From Eledone cirrhosa (taxonomy: Eukaryota): a DNA stretch of 64,000 bases. Below the pieces are notes generated by a model. That model saw only the letters and a program-made list of their open reading frames with translations, had not been told where the DNA came from and did no database searches. Positions 12,879-25,672 of this stretch are shown here, one piece after another; the first letter of the stretch is position 1, and every line of letters starts with the position of its first letter. Location: the NCBI GenBank assembly GCA_964016885.1, contig CAXHJY010000746.1, forward strand, positions 1 to 64,000, given 5' to 3'. A program made the position numbers and the translations under genes.

Positions 12879-14903
12879 TTTACGTCCATTCTATAAAGTG
12901 TTTGCAACTACACTGAGGCGAGACCAACTCTAAACATCTGCCTTTTTTATTTGATTTATAGGACTCTATACAAGTGGTACGCTCAATACATGGAAAGCGT
13001 TGAGGATCTTGCTGAAGCTGTGAAGTATTATGATATAGCCCAGGACTATCTCTCGTTAGTTCGGGTTTACTGTTTCCAGTCAGACATGGAGAAGGTAGGG
13101 CTTAATACTGATTCTGAAAATACACCCAGTACACTCTGTAAAACATTGCATATATATAAATATATACATATATATGAGAGTATTGAAGTTTGCTTGAAGC
13201 ATTGTGGAATAATAAATAAATATCTTTAAGTCGTTTGGAAGCCTCGACAATGCAAATGGGTAAATCTCCGGGTAACAAGATCCGGTGGCGGAGAGAGAGA
13301 GATGTATATATATATATATATATTACTCAGCTGTAGAAATGAGATGATAGGGACTGGGGTCCATATCATTCCACTGCAAAGTGGTCGTGGAGGTGCCACG
13401 GCAAAAAAGCCCCCAGCACTCACTGTAAAATGGTCGTGGAGGTGCCACGGCAAAAAAGCCCCCAGCACTCACTGTAAAGTGGTCGTGGAGGTGCCACGGC
13501 AAAAAAGCCCCCAGCACTCACTGTAAAGTGGTCGTGGAGGTGCCACGGCAAAAAAGCACCCAGCACTCACTGTAAAGTGGTCGTGGAGGTGCCACGGCAA
13601 AAAAGCCCCCAGCACTCACTGTAAAGTGGTTGTGGAGGTGTCATGGCAAAAAAGCACCCAGCACTCACTGTAAATGAGGTTGGTGTTAGGAAGGGCATCC
13701 AGCTGTAGAAATCAAGCCAGAATCAGTTCCCGTCCCACCCTTGCAAGCAGGGAAAAAGCGGACGTAAAAATGAAATGAGAAAATGAGAAAATGTATGTAT
13801 GTATATATACAAAGAGAAATAAAAAGCAAACCAACACAGTACAATGAAGAAATGGATTTTAGTCTTTTATTAGAGAGGGAGGGAGAGAGAGAGAGATAGT
13901 AATAATAATTGTTTCTACTTTAGGCACAAGGCCAGCAATTACCCAGTGCATTACTGGTACTTTATTTTATCGACCCCGTAAAGATGAGAGGTTGACTTTG
14001 CCTTTCATCCTTACGGGGTCGATAAAATAAAGTACCAGTAATGCACTGGGTAATTGCTGGCCTTGTGCCTAAAGTAGAAACAATTATTATTACTATCTCT
14101 CTCTCTCGCTCCCTCCCTCTCTCTTGCTCCCTCTCTCTCTCTTGCTTGCTCCCTCCCTCTCTCTCTATATATATATTCATGTATACACACAGGCATCCAC
14201 AATCTGCAATGAGACAGGGGACAGAGCTGCTTGTTATCATGTGGCAAGACAATACGAAATTCAGGGAGACTTCCAGAAAGCTATCAACTTCTTCACAAGA
14301 TCCGAGACATACGGCAATGCCATCCGACTTTGTAAGGTACGCACCACGCTATACTACTCTCTGTCTTCTTCTTTTCTTCGTCTTCTCTTTCTTCTCCTTC
14401 TTTTTCTTCGTCTTCTCTTTCTTTTCCTTCTTTTCCTTCTTTTCCTTCTTTTTCTTCTCTCTTTTTCTTCGTCTTCTGTTTATTATAAGTGCCCTAGTAT
14501 TCCACAGATACAATATAAGAACCCCCCCCCTAGTTCTCTATTAGTTTATTGTAAGTGTCCTAGCATCCCACAGACAATAGAAGACCCCTAGTTATTATTG
14601 GGTCGTCAAGTATGAAATTTGTAGAAATTCGTTTTTTTTTTTTTTTTCTACAAATTTCTACAAATTTCATACTTTACGACCGTATAGTTTGTTGTAAGTG
14701 TCCTAGCATTCCACACACAGTATGTAAGACCCCCTAGTTCCCTATTTCAGGAGAATGGTATGGAGAACCAAATACTGAACCTGGCCCTTTTAGGGTCCGC
14801 TGAAGATATGGTGGAGGCTGCGAGGTATTTTGAACACAGACCTGGAATGGAAGGCAACGCTGTGATGTTGTACCACAAGGTGAGTGTATATATATCACTG
14901 GTG

Positions 14904-14935
<32 letters not shown>

Positions 14936-17456
14936 GTGTATATATATATATATATATATTATTGGGTTTATATATATATATATATATTACTGGTGTATAT
15001 ATTATATATATATATTAGTGGTGTATATATATATATATTATTGGGTATATATATCACTGGTGTATATATTATATATATATACATTACTGGGTGTATATAT
15101 ATACATATATATATATATAAAGTACATATATATATATTTATATACACATCATCATCACATATATACATACATATACATACATATACATACATATATATAT
15201 ATATATATACACCTACATATACATACATATATATACATATATATATACATACATACACATATACATACATACATACATATATATATACATACATACATAT
15301 ATATATACATATATATATATGTATATGTCTTTATATATCGTGAGCCCAAAACATATTTCTAAATTACTAAAACCCCTTTTTCCGGTCTCTGCCCTTCTTC
15401 TCCCTACAGGCGGGTCGTTTATCGAAGGCCCTGGAGCTGTCCTTCAGCAGTAAACAATTTGGGGCTTTACAAGCGATGACCTCTGAACTGGACAACAAGG
15501 CTGACCCAGAAGTTCTGGAAAGATGTGCCGAGTTTTTCATGGATAATTCTCAGTATGACAAAGCTGTGGAGTTGTTGGCTATGGCTAAGAAGGTAAGGAG
15601 GTGGTGGTGTGGTGGTGGTGGTGTGTGGTTATGACAAAGCTGTGGAGTTGTTGGCTATGGCTAAGAAGGTAAGGAGGTGGTGTGGTGGTGTGGTGTGGTG
15701 GTGTGGTGGTGTGGTGGTGGTGGTGTGTGGTTATGACAAAGCTGTGGAGTTGTTGGCTATGGCTAAGAAGGTAAGGAGGTGGTGTGGTGGTGGTGTGGTG
15801 GTGTGGTGTGGTTGTGGTGGTGTGGTGTGGTGGTGGTGTGGTGGTGTGTGGTTATGACAAGGCTGTGGAGTTGTTGGCTATGGCTAAGAAGGTAAGGAGG
15901 TGGTGGTGTGGTGTGGTGGTGTGGTGTGGTTATGACAAGGCTGTGGAGTTGTTGGCTATGGCTAAGAAGGTAAGGAGGTGGTGGTGTGGTGTGGTGGTGT
16001 GGTGTGGTTATGACAAGGCTGTGGAGTTGTTGGCTATGGCTAAGAAGGTAAGGAGGTGGTGGTGTGGTGGTGTGGTGTGGTGGTGGTGTGGTGTGGTGGT
16101 TGTGGTGTGGTGTGGTGGTGTGTGGTGTGTGGTTATGACAAAGCTGTGGAGTTGTTGGCTATGGCTAAGAAGGTAAGGAGGTGGTGTGGTGGTGTGGTGT
16201 GGTGGTGGTGGTGGTGTGGTGGTGGGGTGTGGTGTGGTGGTGGTGTGGTGGTGGGGTGGTGTGTGGTTATGACAAAGCTGTGGAGTTGTTGGCTATGGCT
16301 AAGAAGGTAAGGAGGTGGTGTGGTGGTGTGGTGTGGTGGTGTGGTGGTGGTGGTGTGGTGGTGTGTGGTTATGACAAGGCTGTGGAGTTGTTGGTTATGG
16401 CTAAGAAGGTAAGGAGGTGGTGGTGTGGTGTGGTGGTGTGGTGGTGTGGTGTGGTTATGACAAAGCTGTGGAGTTGTTGGCTATGGCTAAGAAGGTAAGG
16501 AGGTGGTGGTGTGGTGGTGGAGGTGTGGTGTGGTGGTGTGGTGGTGTGGTGTGTGTGTGGTGCTGTGGTGTGGTGGTGTGGTGTGGTTATGACAAAGCTG
16601 TGGAGTTGTTGGCTATGGCTAAGAAGGTAAGGAGGTGGTGTGGTGGTGTGGTGTGGTGGTGTGGTGGTGGTGGTGTGGTGGTGTGGTGTGGTGGTGTGTG
16701 GTTATGACAAGGCTGTGGAGTTGTTGGCTATGGCTAAGAAGGTAAGGAGGTGGTGGTGTGTGGTGTGGTGGTGTGGTGGTGGTGGTGTGGTGGTGTGTGG
16801 TTATGACAAGGCTGTGGAGTTGTTGGCTATGGCTAAGAAGGTAAGGAGGTGGTGGTGTGGTGGTGGTGGTGTGTGGTGGTGTGTGTGGTGGTGTGGTGGT
16901 GGTGTGGTGTGTGGTTATGACAAGGCTGTGGAGTTGTTGGCTATGGCTAAGAAGGTAAGGAGGTGGTGTGGTGGTGTGGTGTGGTGGTGTGGTGGTGGTG
17001 GTGGTGTGTGGTGGTGGTGTGGAGGTGTGGTGTGGTTATGACAAAGCTGTGGAGTTGTTGGCTATGGCTAAGAAGGTAAGGAGGTGGTGTGGTGGTGTGG
17101 TGTGGTGTGGTGTGGTGGTGTGGTGGTGTGTGGTTATGACAAGGCTGTGGAGTTGTTGGCTATGGCTAAGAAGGTAAGGAGGTGGTGGTGTGGTGGTGGT
17201 GGTGTGGTGTGGTGGAGGTGTGGTGTGGTGGTGGTGTGTGTGGTGGTGGTGGTGTGGTGGTGTGTGGTGTGTGTTGTGGTGTGGTGGAGTGGTGTTGTAG
17301 TGGTGGTGGTGGTGTGAAGTTGGCCATGGCTAAGAAGGTATGGTTGTGGTGGTGGTTGGTAGGGTGGTGTTGTAGTGGTGAGATTGTCTTGTAGTAGTGG
17401 TGGTGTGATGTTGTAGTTGTGATGGTGGTGGTGGTGGTGGTGTGATAGTGATGATG

Positions 17457-17491
<35 letters not shown>

Positions 17492-18240
17492 TGTTGTGGT
17501 GATGTTTCTTCATCTCTTCTTTTTCTCCATCATCATCATCATCATCATCTTTATCAACATCTTCACCTCCACTAAAATATCCTAATCTCTCTCTCTCTCT
17601 CTCTCTCTCTCCTCTCCCTCTCTCTCCCTCCCCTCCCTCTCTATCTCCCCCTCTCTCTCCCTCCCTCTCTCTCTCCCTCCCTCTCTCCCCCTCTCTCTCT
17701 CCCTCCCTCCCTCTCTCTCTCCCTCTCCCTCTCTCTCTCCCTCTCTCTCTCTCTCTCCCTCCCTCCCTCCCTCTCTCCCTCTCCTCTCTCTCTCTCCATC
17801 TCTCTCTCTCTCTCTCTCCCCCTCTCGCCCCCTCTCTCTCTCTCCACCATCCCAACCCCGACCACTCCACTCCACTCCACACCACTCCACACCACCACCA
17901 CACCACCACCACCACCAACACAGTACTGGGAGGCAATCCAGCTGTTGATGGAGAAGAACATCACGATGACCGCGGAGCTGGCCGAGAAGCTCAGCCCACC
18001 GAAGGCTGCGGACAACAGCGACAGGATGAAGATCCTGGAAGGAATCGGTAAGATCTGTATGCTCCAGGGTCAGTACCACCTCGCTACCAAGAAGTACACG
18101 CAGTCCGGGAACAGAGTAAAGGTGGGCCACTTCTTTAACACTTCACCATCTACATACATTACTCTATATATATATATATACTATATACACACATATACAC
18201 ATATATATATATACACAGACACACATAAATGTATATACAT

Positions 18241-18271
<31 letters not shown>

Positions 18272-18388
18272 CACACACGCACGCAGACACATATATACAT
18301 GCATGCAGACATACGCATATATATATATATATACAGACACACACACACACATATATATATACACACACACTCACAAATGTATATACAT

Positions 18389-18419
<31 letters not shown>

Positions 18420-18537
18420 CACACACACAGACACACATATATACATACATACAGACACACACATATATATATATACATACACACACACACATATATATAC
18501 ACACACACACACATATATATATATATACACACGCACT

Positions 18538-18575
<38 letters not shown>

Positions 18576-18852
18576 CACTCACGCACACACACACACATAT
18601 ATATACACACACACTCACAAATGTATATACATACACACACACACACACATATATATATATACGCACACGCACACAGACACATATATACATACATACAGAC
18701 ACACACATATATATATACACACACACACATATATATACTCACACACACACACATATATATACATACATACAGACACACACATACATGTATATATATATAT
18801 ATACACACACACACATATATATATATACACACACACTCACTCACACACACAC

Positions 18853-18899
<47 letters not shown>

Positions 18900-20003
18900 C
18901 ACACACTCACACACATACATGTATATATATATATATACACACACACATATATATATATACACACACACTCACACACACACTCACACACACACACACATAT
19001 ATATCTACACACACACACAGCTATACCTTGTGTCTTCTTCTGCAGGCAATGAAGTGTCTACTGAAGTCAGGTGACACGGAGAAGATCTCGTTCTTTGCCA
19101 ACGTATCTCGTCAACGCGAGATCTACGTAATGGCCGCCAATTACCTGCAGTCCCTTGATTGGCGTAACGACTCCGACATCATGAAGACCATCGTCAGTTT
19201 CTACGTGAAGGCCAAGGCCCTGAAGTCTCTTGCTGCCTTCTACGACGTCTGTGCACAGGTGAGGTCTGGGTGGTGGCGGGGAGGGTGGGGGTTGTGGTGA
19301 GGTCTGAGTGGTGAGGGCGGTGGTGGTTGTGGTGGGGAGGGTGTTGGTTGTGGTGAGGGCGGTGGTGGTTGTGGTGGGGAGGGTGTTGGTTGTGGTGAGG
19401 GCGGTGGTGGTTGTGGTGGGGAGGGTGTTGGTTGTGGTGAGGGCGGTGGTGGTTGTGGTGGGGAGGGTGTTGGTTGTGGTGAGGTCTGGGTGGTGAGGGG
19501 CGGTGGTGGTTGTGAGAGGGGGTCTTGTTGGTGGTGGTGGGGAGGGTGTTGGTTGTGGTGAGGTCTGGTTGATGGTGGTGGGGAGGGTGTTGGTGGTGGT
19601 GGTTGTGAGGGCGGGTGTGGGGGTTGTGGTGAGGTCTTGGTGGTGGTGGTGTGAGAGGGGGTCTGGTTGGTGATGGTGGTTGTGGTGAGGGGGGCGTTGG
19701 CTGTGGGGAGGGTGTTGGTGGTGGTGGGGAGGGTATTGGTTGTGTGTGTGGGGGGGGGGGGGGGGGGGGGATGTATGTATGTATGTATATATACATATAA
19801 TATAATATACATACACACACATATATATATATATATATAATATAAAATATATACACACACACACACACACATACATATATATATATCATAAAATGATGAT
19901 GAAATGATGATATATATATATGTATGTGTGTGTGCGTGTGTGTATATATTTTATATTATATATATATATATATATATATGTGCGTGTATGTATATTATAT
20001 TAT

Positions 20004-20040
<37 letters not shown>

Positions 20041-20064
20041 GTGCGTGTATGTATATTATATTAT

Positions 20065-20097
<33 letters not shown>

Positions 20098-20108
20098 GTG
20101 CGTGTATG

Positions 20109-20144
<36 letters not shown>

Positions 20145-22266
20145 TCACCAGGCGGAGATTGATGAGTACCAGAACTATGAAAAGTCCCTCGGTGCTCTGG
20201 CAGAATCGTGCAAGTGTCTACAGAAATGCATGGAGAACGAAGCGGAGATCAGCGAGGAGGAGAAGATGCACCTCCAATTCCGTCTGGATGAACTAAAACA
20301 GAAGGTGATGCTTATCAAGAAGTTTGTCAACGCACGCAAGTAAGTGACACAAGTTGCTGGTGGTGGTATGTCAGAGAGGCATGTGGCGTATTGTTGTGAA
20401 GGGGATTGGTGGAGAGAGAGAGAAGGGTTAGTGTGGAGGTAGGGCAGCTGTGGTGGTGGTGGTGGTATGACAGAGAGGCATGTGGCGTATTGTTGTGAAG
20501 GGGGCATTGGTGGAGAAAGAGAGAGAGAGAGAGAAGGGTTAGTGTGGAGGTAGGGCAGCTGTGTTAGTGGTGGTGGTGGTGGTATGACAGAGAGGCATGT
20601 AGTGTATTGTTGTGAAGGGGGCATTGGTGGAGAGACATAGAGAGAGAGAGAGAGAAGGGTTAGTGTGGAGGTAGGGCAGCTGTGTTAGTGGTGGTGGCGG
20701 TGATATGACAGAGAGCCACGTGGTGTATTGTTGTGAAGGGGGCATTGGTGGAGAGAGAGAGAGAGAAGGGTTAGTGTGGAGCTAGGGCAGCTGTGTTAGT
20801 GGTGGTGGTTGTATGACAGAGAGGCATGTGGTGTATTGTTGTGAAGGGGGCATTGGTGGAGAGAGATAGAGAGAGAGAGAAGGGTTAGTGTGGAGGTAGG
20901 GCAGATGTGTTAGTGGTGGTGGTGGTAGTATGACAGAGAGGCATGTGACGTATTGTTGTGAAGGGGATTGGTGGAGAGAGAGAGAGAGAGAGCAGGGTTG
21001 GTGTGGAGGTGGGGCAGCTGTGTTATGCATGTATGTACGTATGCATATATTTATGTGTGTATATATATGTTTATGTATAAAATGATATATATATACATAT
21101 ATATATATATGTAAAAGGTAAACAGAAATAACAACACAATCAGTACAGTATATGGAAGGGATATATTAGGTTAACGCTTGATATAGCAGGAAGAGGGTCT
21201 TAACGTTTCGGACGCTGGTCCTTCATCATAAGAAAGAATGAGAAATAAGGTAGATTCAGGGGACGGGTGGGGTTGGACTTGGTAAAACTAACAGGTCCAT
21301 TCATGTTGACATCTCTTATATATTTATGTTTGCGTCTGTTGCGTGTGTTTCCCCCACCAGGATCTACAGTACCAGCCCGGATGAAGCGGTGAAACTGTGT
21401 GGTACTCTCCTGGAGGAAAACGACCTGGAGAAGTCGGTGAGAGTTGGTGACGTGTATGCCTTTCTCATTGAGCACTACGCCTGCCAAGAGGTGTGGAATC
21501 AGGTAAAATATCATCACCATCATCATCATCATCATCATCATCATTATTATCATTATTATTATTATTATTATTATTATTAAAGGGCGGTGGATTGGCAGTA
21601 TCGGTAGAGGGTCGGACGCCATGCTTTGCAGCATAGAGTTACGCCCCTTTACGGACTGGGTTCAAATCCCGCCGAGGTAAACTTTGCCTTTCATCCTTAC
21701 GGGCGGGGGTCGATAAAATAAAGTACCAGTAATACACTGGGGTAATTGCTGGCCTTGTGCCGAAAGTAGAAACAATTATTATTATTATTATTATTATTAT
21801 TATCACAATCACCACCATCACCACCATCATCTTTTATGGGGTTGATAAAATGAAGTACCAGTAATACACTGGGGTAATTGCTGGCCTTGTGCCTAAAGTA
21901 GAAACAATTATTACGGGGTCGATAAAATGAAGTACCAGTAATACACTGGGGTAATTGCTGGCCTTGTGCCGAAAGTAGAAACAATTATTATTATTATTAT
22001 TATTATTATCACAATCACCACCATCATCACCATCATCATTTATGGGGTTGATAAAATGAAGTACCAGTAATACACTGGGGTAATTGCTGGCCTTGTGCCT
22101 AAAGTAGAAACAATTATTACGGGGTCGATAAAATGAAGTACCAGTAATACACTGGGGTAATTGCTGGCCTTGTGTCGAAAGTAGAAACAGATATCATCAT
22201 CATCATCATCATCATCACCATCATATATTTTAAATCACACTCACTTTTTTTTTTTTTCTCTTCTTC

Positions 22267-22299
<33 letters not shown>

Positions 22300-22644
22300 A
22301 TATTTACCTGTCTACCTGTCTGTCTACCTGTCTGTCTACCTGTCTGTCTACCTGTCCAGGCCTACAACCACATCAAAGAGCTGAAGAAGAAGTACCCCAA
22401 GATGAATGTGACGTACTTTGTGAGTCCGAAGACGGTGGAGTTGGTTCACCAGAAACTGAAGATTCCGTTGCCGAGGGAACTGGTCAGCCCGACGACCAAC
22501 GACGACGCCTCCACCACGCCCGACGGCAGCGCGACCAGGAGCAGCAGTGGAAGAAAGAGGACCAGCGGCGGGGAGCAGCGCTCTGAGTCGCCATATGACG
22601 ACGATTCAGAGTTTGTAGAGGAAGAGATTGCCGAGAACTACTGA
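351..22644 (+). CDS. IFT140: Intraflagellar transport protein 140 (IFT-A complex), 3' 22 coding exons; gene begins upstream of the window
   Basis: Exons, all GT-AG and phase-consistent: 351-461, 1271-1349, 2282-2373, 3568-3695, 4451-4568, 5319-5533, 6104-6392, 7160-7282, 7992-8290, 10471-10648, 11052-11135, 11654-11760, 12294-12389, 12962-13094, 14193-14336, 14751-14879, 15410-15592, 17924-18121, 19046-19258, 20152-20339, 21361-21502, 22360-22644 (TGA). The translation has IFT140 segments recognised from memory: [79 protein letters not shown]. About 1177 aa in the window. Confidence 0.95.
656..988 (-). mobile_element. tRNA-derived SINE family A, near full length
   Basis: On the minus strand: A box TGGCTTAGTGG, B box GTTCAATTC, and a 3' tail CCCGTCCCACCCTTGCAAGCAGGGAAAAGCG shared with the RTE LINE 3' ends in this window. 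Confidence 0.8.
2400..3148 (-). mobile_element. SINE family A copy with expanded internal ~46-bp VNTR (about 12 units)
   Basis: gatgcccttcctaacaccaacc core followed by repeated gtggcacctccacaaccactttacagtgtgggctggg units. Confidence 0.75.
3307..3507 (+). mobile_element. tRNA-derived SINE family B
   Basis: GGGCGGTGGATTGGCAG...GAGTTCAAATCCCGCC (B box)...GGGGTCGATAAAATAAAGTACCAG...GTAGAAACAATTATT. Other copies lie at about 21580, 27515 (-), 34540, 50592, 57457 and 62655. Confidence 0.8.
3767..3838. mobile_element. Small MITE-like palindrome (TIR GGTCGTCAAGTATGAAATTTGTAGAA)
   Basis: Perfect 22-bp inverted repeat; second copy at 14601-14681. Confidence 0.6.
4585..5210. repeat. Minisatellite of about 31 bp with internal palindrome TGTGACA-tctgg-TGTCACA
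   Basis: Directly visible tandem units. Confidence 0.85.
7343..7850. repeat. 30-35-bp minisatellite (ggctgagtgtgagtagggagcttgagtggt)
   Basis: Directly visible tandem units. Confidence 0.85.
8258..8830 (+). repeat. Tandem repeat of about 141 bp (4 units) containing the IFT140 exon end, donor site and a SINE fragment
   Basis: gaagcctttaaggccatcaagttgataaagaa|gtaagt ends at 8290, 8432, 8573 and 8714. Confidence 0.9.
9201..10400 (+). mobile_element. RTE-clade LINE 3' fragment preceded by an 80-bp tandem amplification (12 units) of its own 5' edge
   Basis: Encodes RRLR(W/S)YGHVMRM...[12 protein letters not shown]...DRDEWR, the typical RTE ORF C-terminus, followed by a (GAT)n tail. Confidence 0.8.
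13325..13773 (+). mobile_element. SINE family A copy (5'-truncated, about 6 VNTR units)
   Basis: Same core, VNTR and RTE-type tail ending cggacgtaaaaatg. Confidence 0.8.
15554..17345 (+). repeat. Array of 15 full and 1 partial extra copies of an IFT140 exon end plus donor, separated by (GTG)n spacers
   Basis: tatgacaa(a/g)gctgtggagttgttggctatggctaagaag|gtaaggag is repeated. Confidence 0.95.
20355..21025. repeat. Minisatellite of about 120 bp
   Basis: Repeated gacagagaggcatgt...gaagggttagtgtggaggtagggcagctgtg. Confidence 0.85.
21111..21272 (-). mobile_element. Dispersed repeat of about 160 bp with a degenerate minimal hammerhead (Penelope-like terminal fragment), copy 1
   Basis: Near-identical to 26926-27090. 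Minus strand AUGAUGA-A-GGAC(CAGC)GUCC-GAAA-CGU-UA. Confidence 0.55.
21580..22190 (+). mobile_element. SINE family B with its 3' half tandemly re-duplicated four more times
   Basis: A full copy at 21580-21800 is followed by repeated gataaaatgaagtaccagtaatacactgggg...gtagaaaca segments. Confidence 0.75.
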
Positions 22645-23110
22645 GCCTAGGTTTCAGCTCAACAATTTGAGCCTTGTTCTTGGCTTACATATTACATATT
22701 AAAACTTGAACTAACCTTTCACACTGAGCCCCGACTTGAGCTCCACAATTTGAGCCTTCTTCTTGGCTGACATCTTAAAACTTACACTAACTTTTCATAC
22801 TCATACTCATACTGAGCCCCGATTTGAGCCTTGATTTGAACTCTACACTTTGAGCCTTGTTCTTGGCTTATAACTTTCAACTTACACTAAGTTTTCATAC
22901 TCATACTGAGCCCTTGATTTGAGCTCCACAATTTGAGCCTTGTTCTTGGCATACATATTACATATTAAAACTTAAAACTAACCTTTCACACTGAGCCTTG
23001 ATTTGAGCTCCACATTTTGAGCCTTCTTCTTGGCTCACATGTTGAAACCTTCATGAACTTTCATCTTACAATTCAATCTTTACATTGATCTGATCTAGGT
23101 CTTGAGCCTA
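22645..23110. repeat. Degenerate ~70-90-bp tandem repeat in the IFT140 3' UTR
   Basis: Recurrent gagctccacaatttgagccttgttcttggc starting right at the stop codon. Confidence 0.75.
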
Positions 23111-23244
23111 ATTTAAACTGTAGACCCCAAACCCCTTAAGAACCCCTAAAACTCCCTAAATAATCCGTCCAGTCCTACCACAACCAACACAAAAATCACA
23201 ATACAATATATTCTGTTTGGACAGCTAAAGTCAAAGAGAGCCTT

Positions 23245-23256
23245 AATAAAAATAAA
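23245..23256 (+). terminator. Candidate IFT140 polyadenylation signals
   Basis: Tandem AATAAA-AATAAA about 600 nt after the stop codon, followed by GT-rich sequence. Confidence 0.5.
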
Positions 23257-23877
23257 TATAGTTTTAATTGTTGTTGTTGTTGATGGTTGCGATGCTTGAG
23301 GTGGTGGTGGTGATGGTGCTGTGAGTGATTGTAGTAGTGGTGATGTTGTTGATGTTGGTGATAGTGATGATGATGATGGTGGTGGTGGTGGTGACCAACA
23401 GTCACCCAAGTATACCAGTCTTTCTCTCCACACCACTCATGTTGTCCAAGGGAAAGGCAATGGCTGACACAGCTTGTCACCAGTGACATTGCAACTCATT
23501 TCCGCAGCTGAGTAAATAAAGAGTCTTGCTCAAGAACACAGCATTCAGCCCGAAGCAGGGATCGAAACCACAAGCCGTGCACCTTCTTTCAATTCAAGGT
23601 TGGTAAATAACGTACCAGTCAAGTACTGGGGTCGCATTTTCATCTATATCTCTTTCTCATTTCCTCTCTCTCACACTCTCTCTCTCTCCTTCTCTGGAAG
23701 AAATCTGCTGCATTCAGACCTGAAGAAAGGAGATGGGCTTGGACTATGCCATACCTTATATATATATATATATACACACACACATACAGACACACACATG
23801 CATACATACATAAACAAACAGACACACACACACGCACATATACATATAAATACACACATGCATAAATACACAAACAT

Positions 23878-23913
<36 letters not shown>

Positions 23914-24412
23914 CTAGGGCGGGTAAAATTCCCGAGATCCATGGACGAGTTCTCTCCAGCGGTCTCTGTCCCTCATTATCGCTGCCATGTCCTGCGTCTC
24001 CAACAGACCAGTGTCTGTCCTTAGGGCATCAACATACGTCAACCTCGGTCTTCCTCTTCCAGTGTGTCCATGCAGGGGCTCCCACAGGAGCACTGAGTGC
24101 AGTGTCAACTCTGGATGTCGGTGTGCATATCCAGCTAACTTAGTGTGTCCATGCAGGGGCTCCCACAGGAGCACTGAGTGCAGTGTCAACTCTGGATGTC
24201 GGTGAGCATGTCCAGCTAACCTAGTGTGTCCATGTAGAGGGCTCCCACAGGAGCACTGAGTGCAGTGTCAACTCTGGATGTCGGTGAGCATGTCCAGCTA
24301 ACCTAGTGTGTCCATGTAGAGGGCTCCCACAGGAGCACTGAGTGCAGTGTCAACTCTGGATGTCGGTGAGCATGTCCAGCTAACCTAGTGTGTCCATGCA
24401 GGGGCTCCCACA
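23914..24412 (-). mobile_element. Non-LTR retrotransposon 3' fragment with an internal 81-bp tandem amplification
   Basis: Minus-strand LAGHAHRH..LLWEP..GRGRPRLTYVD..DRDRWR (RTE/RTE-X-like C-terminus); about 4.3 tandem units. Confidence 0.65.
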
Positions 24413-24599
24413 GACACACACACACACACATATATATTTATATATATATATATACACACAAATATTTCATCGAAGGTTGTCTGTGATTTTAAACCGAAAA
24501 GATTACCGGAGAAAAATAAATAATTTTCTCCTTATATTCTTTACACGGAACAAATATTTAGAGGGGATTATTTCTTTATGTAATAAATCAAAGCACCGT

Positions 24600-24732
24600 T
24601 TCTACAACTTCCGGTTTACACTCGTGGCTTTGTTGTTGCTTCAAATACAAATATATTTTGTCTTCGTTTCTTTTACCTTTGATTATCCCCGGGTCCTCTG
24701 TTGACCCCCGAATTTCTTTAGTACTACTGTGA

Positions 24733-24796
<64 letters not shown>

Positions 24797-24831
24797 CTGG
24801 TTACACGTGGTTTGTTAATTACGAGGTAAGT
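24600..24831 (+). promoter_or_regulatory. Putative POLR3H promoter / non-coding first exon
   Basis: ETS-like ACTTCCGG near 24607; strong donor GAG|GTAAGT at 24826; matching acceptor tatccag at 26347, 65 nt upstream of the ATG. Confidence 0.4.
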
Positions 24832-24918
24832 GTACCCGTCTTTCTCTCTTTTATATATATAATATATATATATACACGTGTATATATATATATATGTGTG
24901 TGTGTATATATATATATA

Positions 24919-24946
<28 letters not shown>

Positions 24947-24949
<3 letters not shown>

Positions 24950-25165
24950 CAAAGAAAGTGTGGTAAGGAACCAGGTGGACCATAACGCACCAGAAGTACT
25001 CGATACTTAGGGTGTATGCGTGGGTAATAGGGAAAGAGTGAACACCCCGACGGCTGAGCTCCGGCCTTTTCGACAGCTAGATCCGAACAGTTCAGAACTA
25101 GCTGTCGAAACGGCCGGAGCTCAGCCGTCGGGGTCTTGACTCTCTTCCTATATATATATATATAT

Positions 25166-25244
<79 letters not shown>

Positions 25245-25672
25245 TATATATATACATACATATATATATATATATACACACATATATATATATATATACA
25301 CACATATATATATATATATATACACATATATATATACATACATATATATATACAAGTGGAAGGTTTGGCTGTGGGCAAGCAAAGTCGACCTACAATAGGA
25401 ATGAGTTAGCAAAGCACTCAATAAGGGTAGGTCCTTAGAGTAATAACATACGTACATATATATATATATATATATATATAGGAACGAGTAGGACCCCGAC
25501 GGCTGAGTTCAAGCCGTTTCGACGGCTAATTCTGGACTGAATTAGCCGTCGAAACGGCTTGAGCTCAGCCGTCGGGGTCCTACTCGTTCCTATCACCCAC
25601 TCTACTACCCTAAGTATTGAGTACTTTGGTGCGTTATGGTCCACCTGGTCCTTTACCATATTTCCTTCGTTA
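24947..25672. mobile_element. Inverted pair of ~200-bp elements, each ending in a ~110-120-nt hairpin, embedded in (TA)n
   Basis: 24947-25150 and 25479-25672 are diverged reverse complements of each other; hairpins at 25028-25150 and 25479-25592; a half copy lies at about 1071-1132. Confidence 0.7.

Noticed and set aside
15600-17345. CRISPR-like array (constant ~47-nt repeat with variable spacers)
   Set aside because: The repeat is a copy of the adjacent exon end, the spacers are (GTG)n low-complexity sequence, the context is eukaryotic and there are no cas genes.
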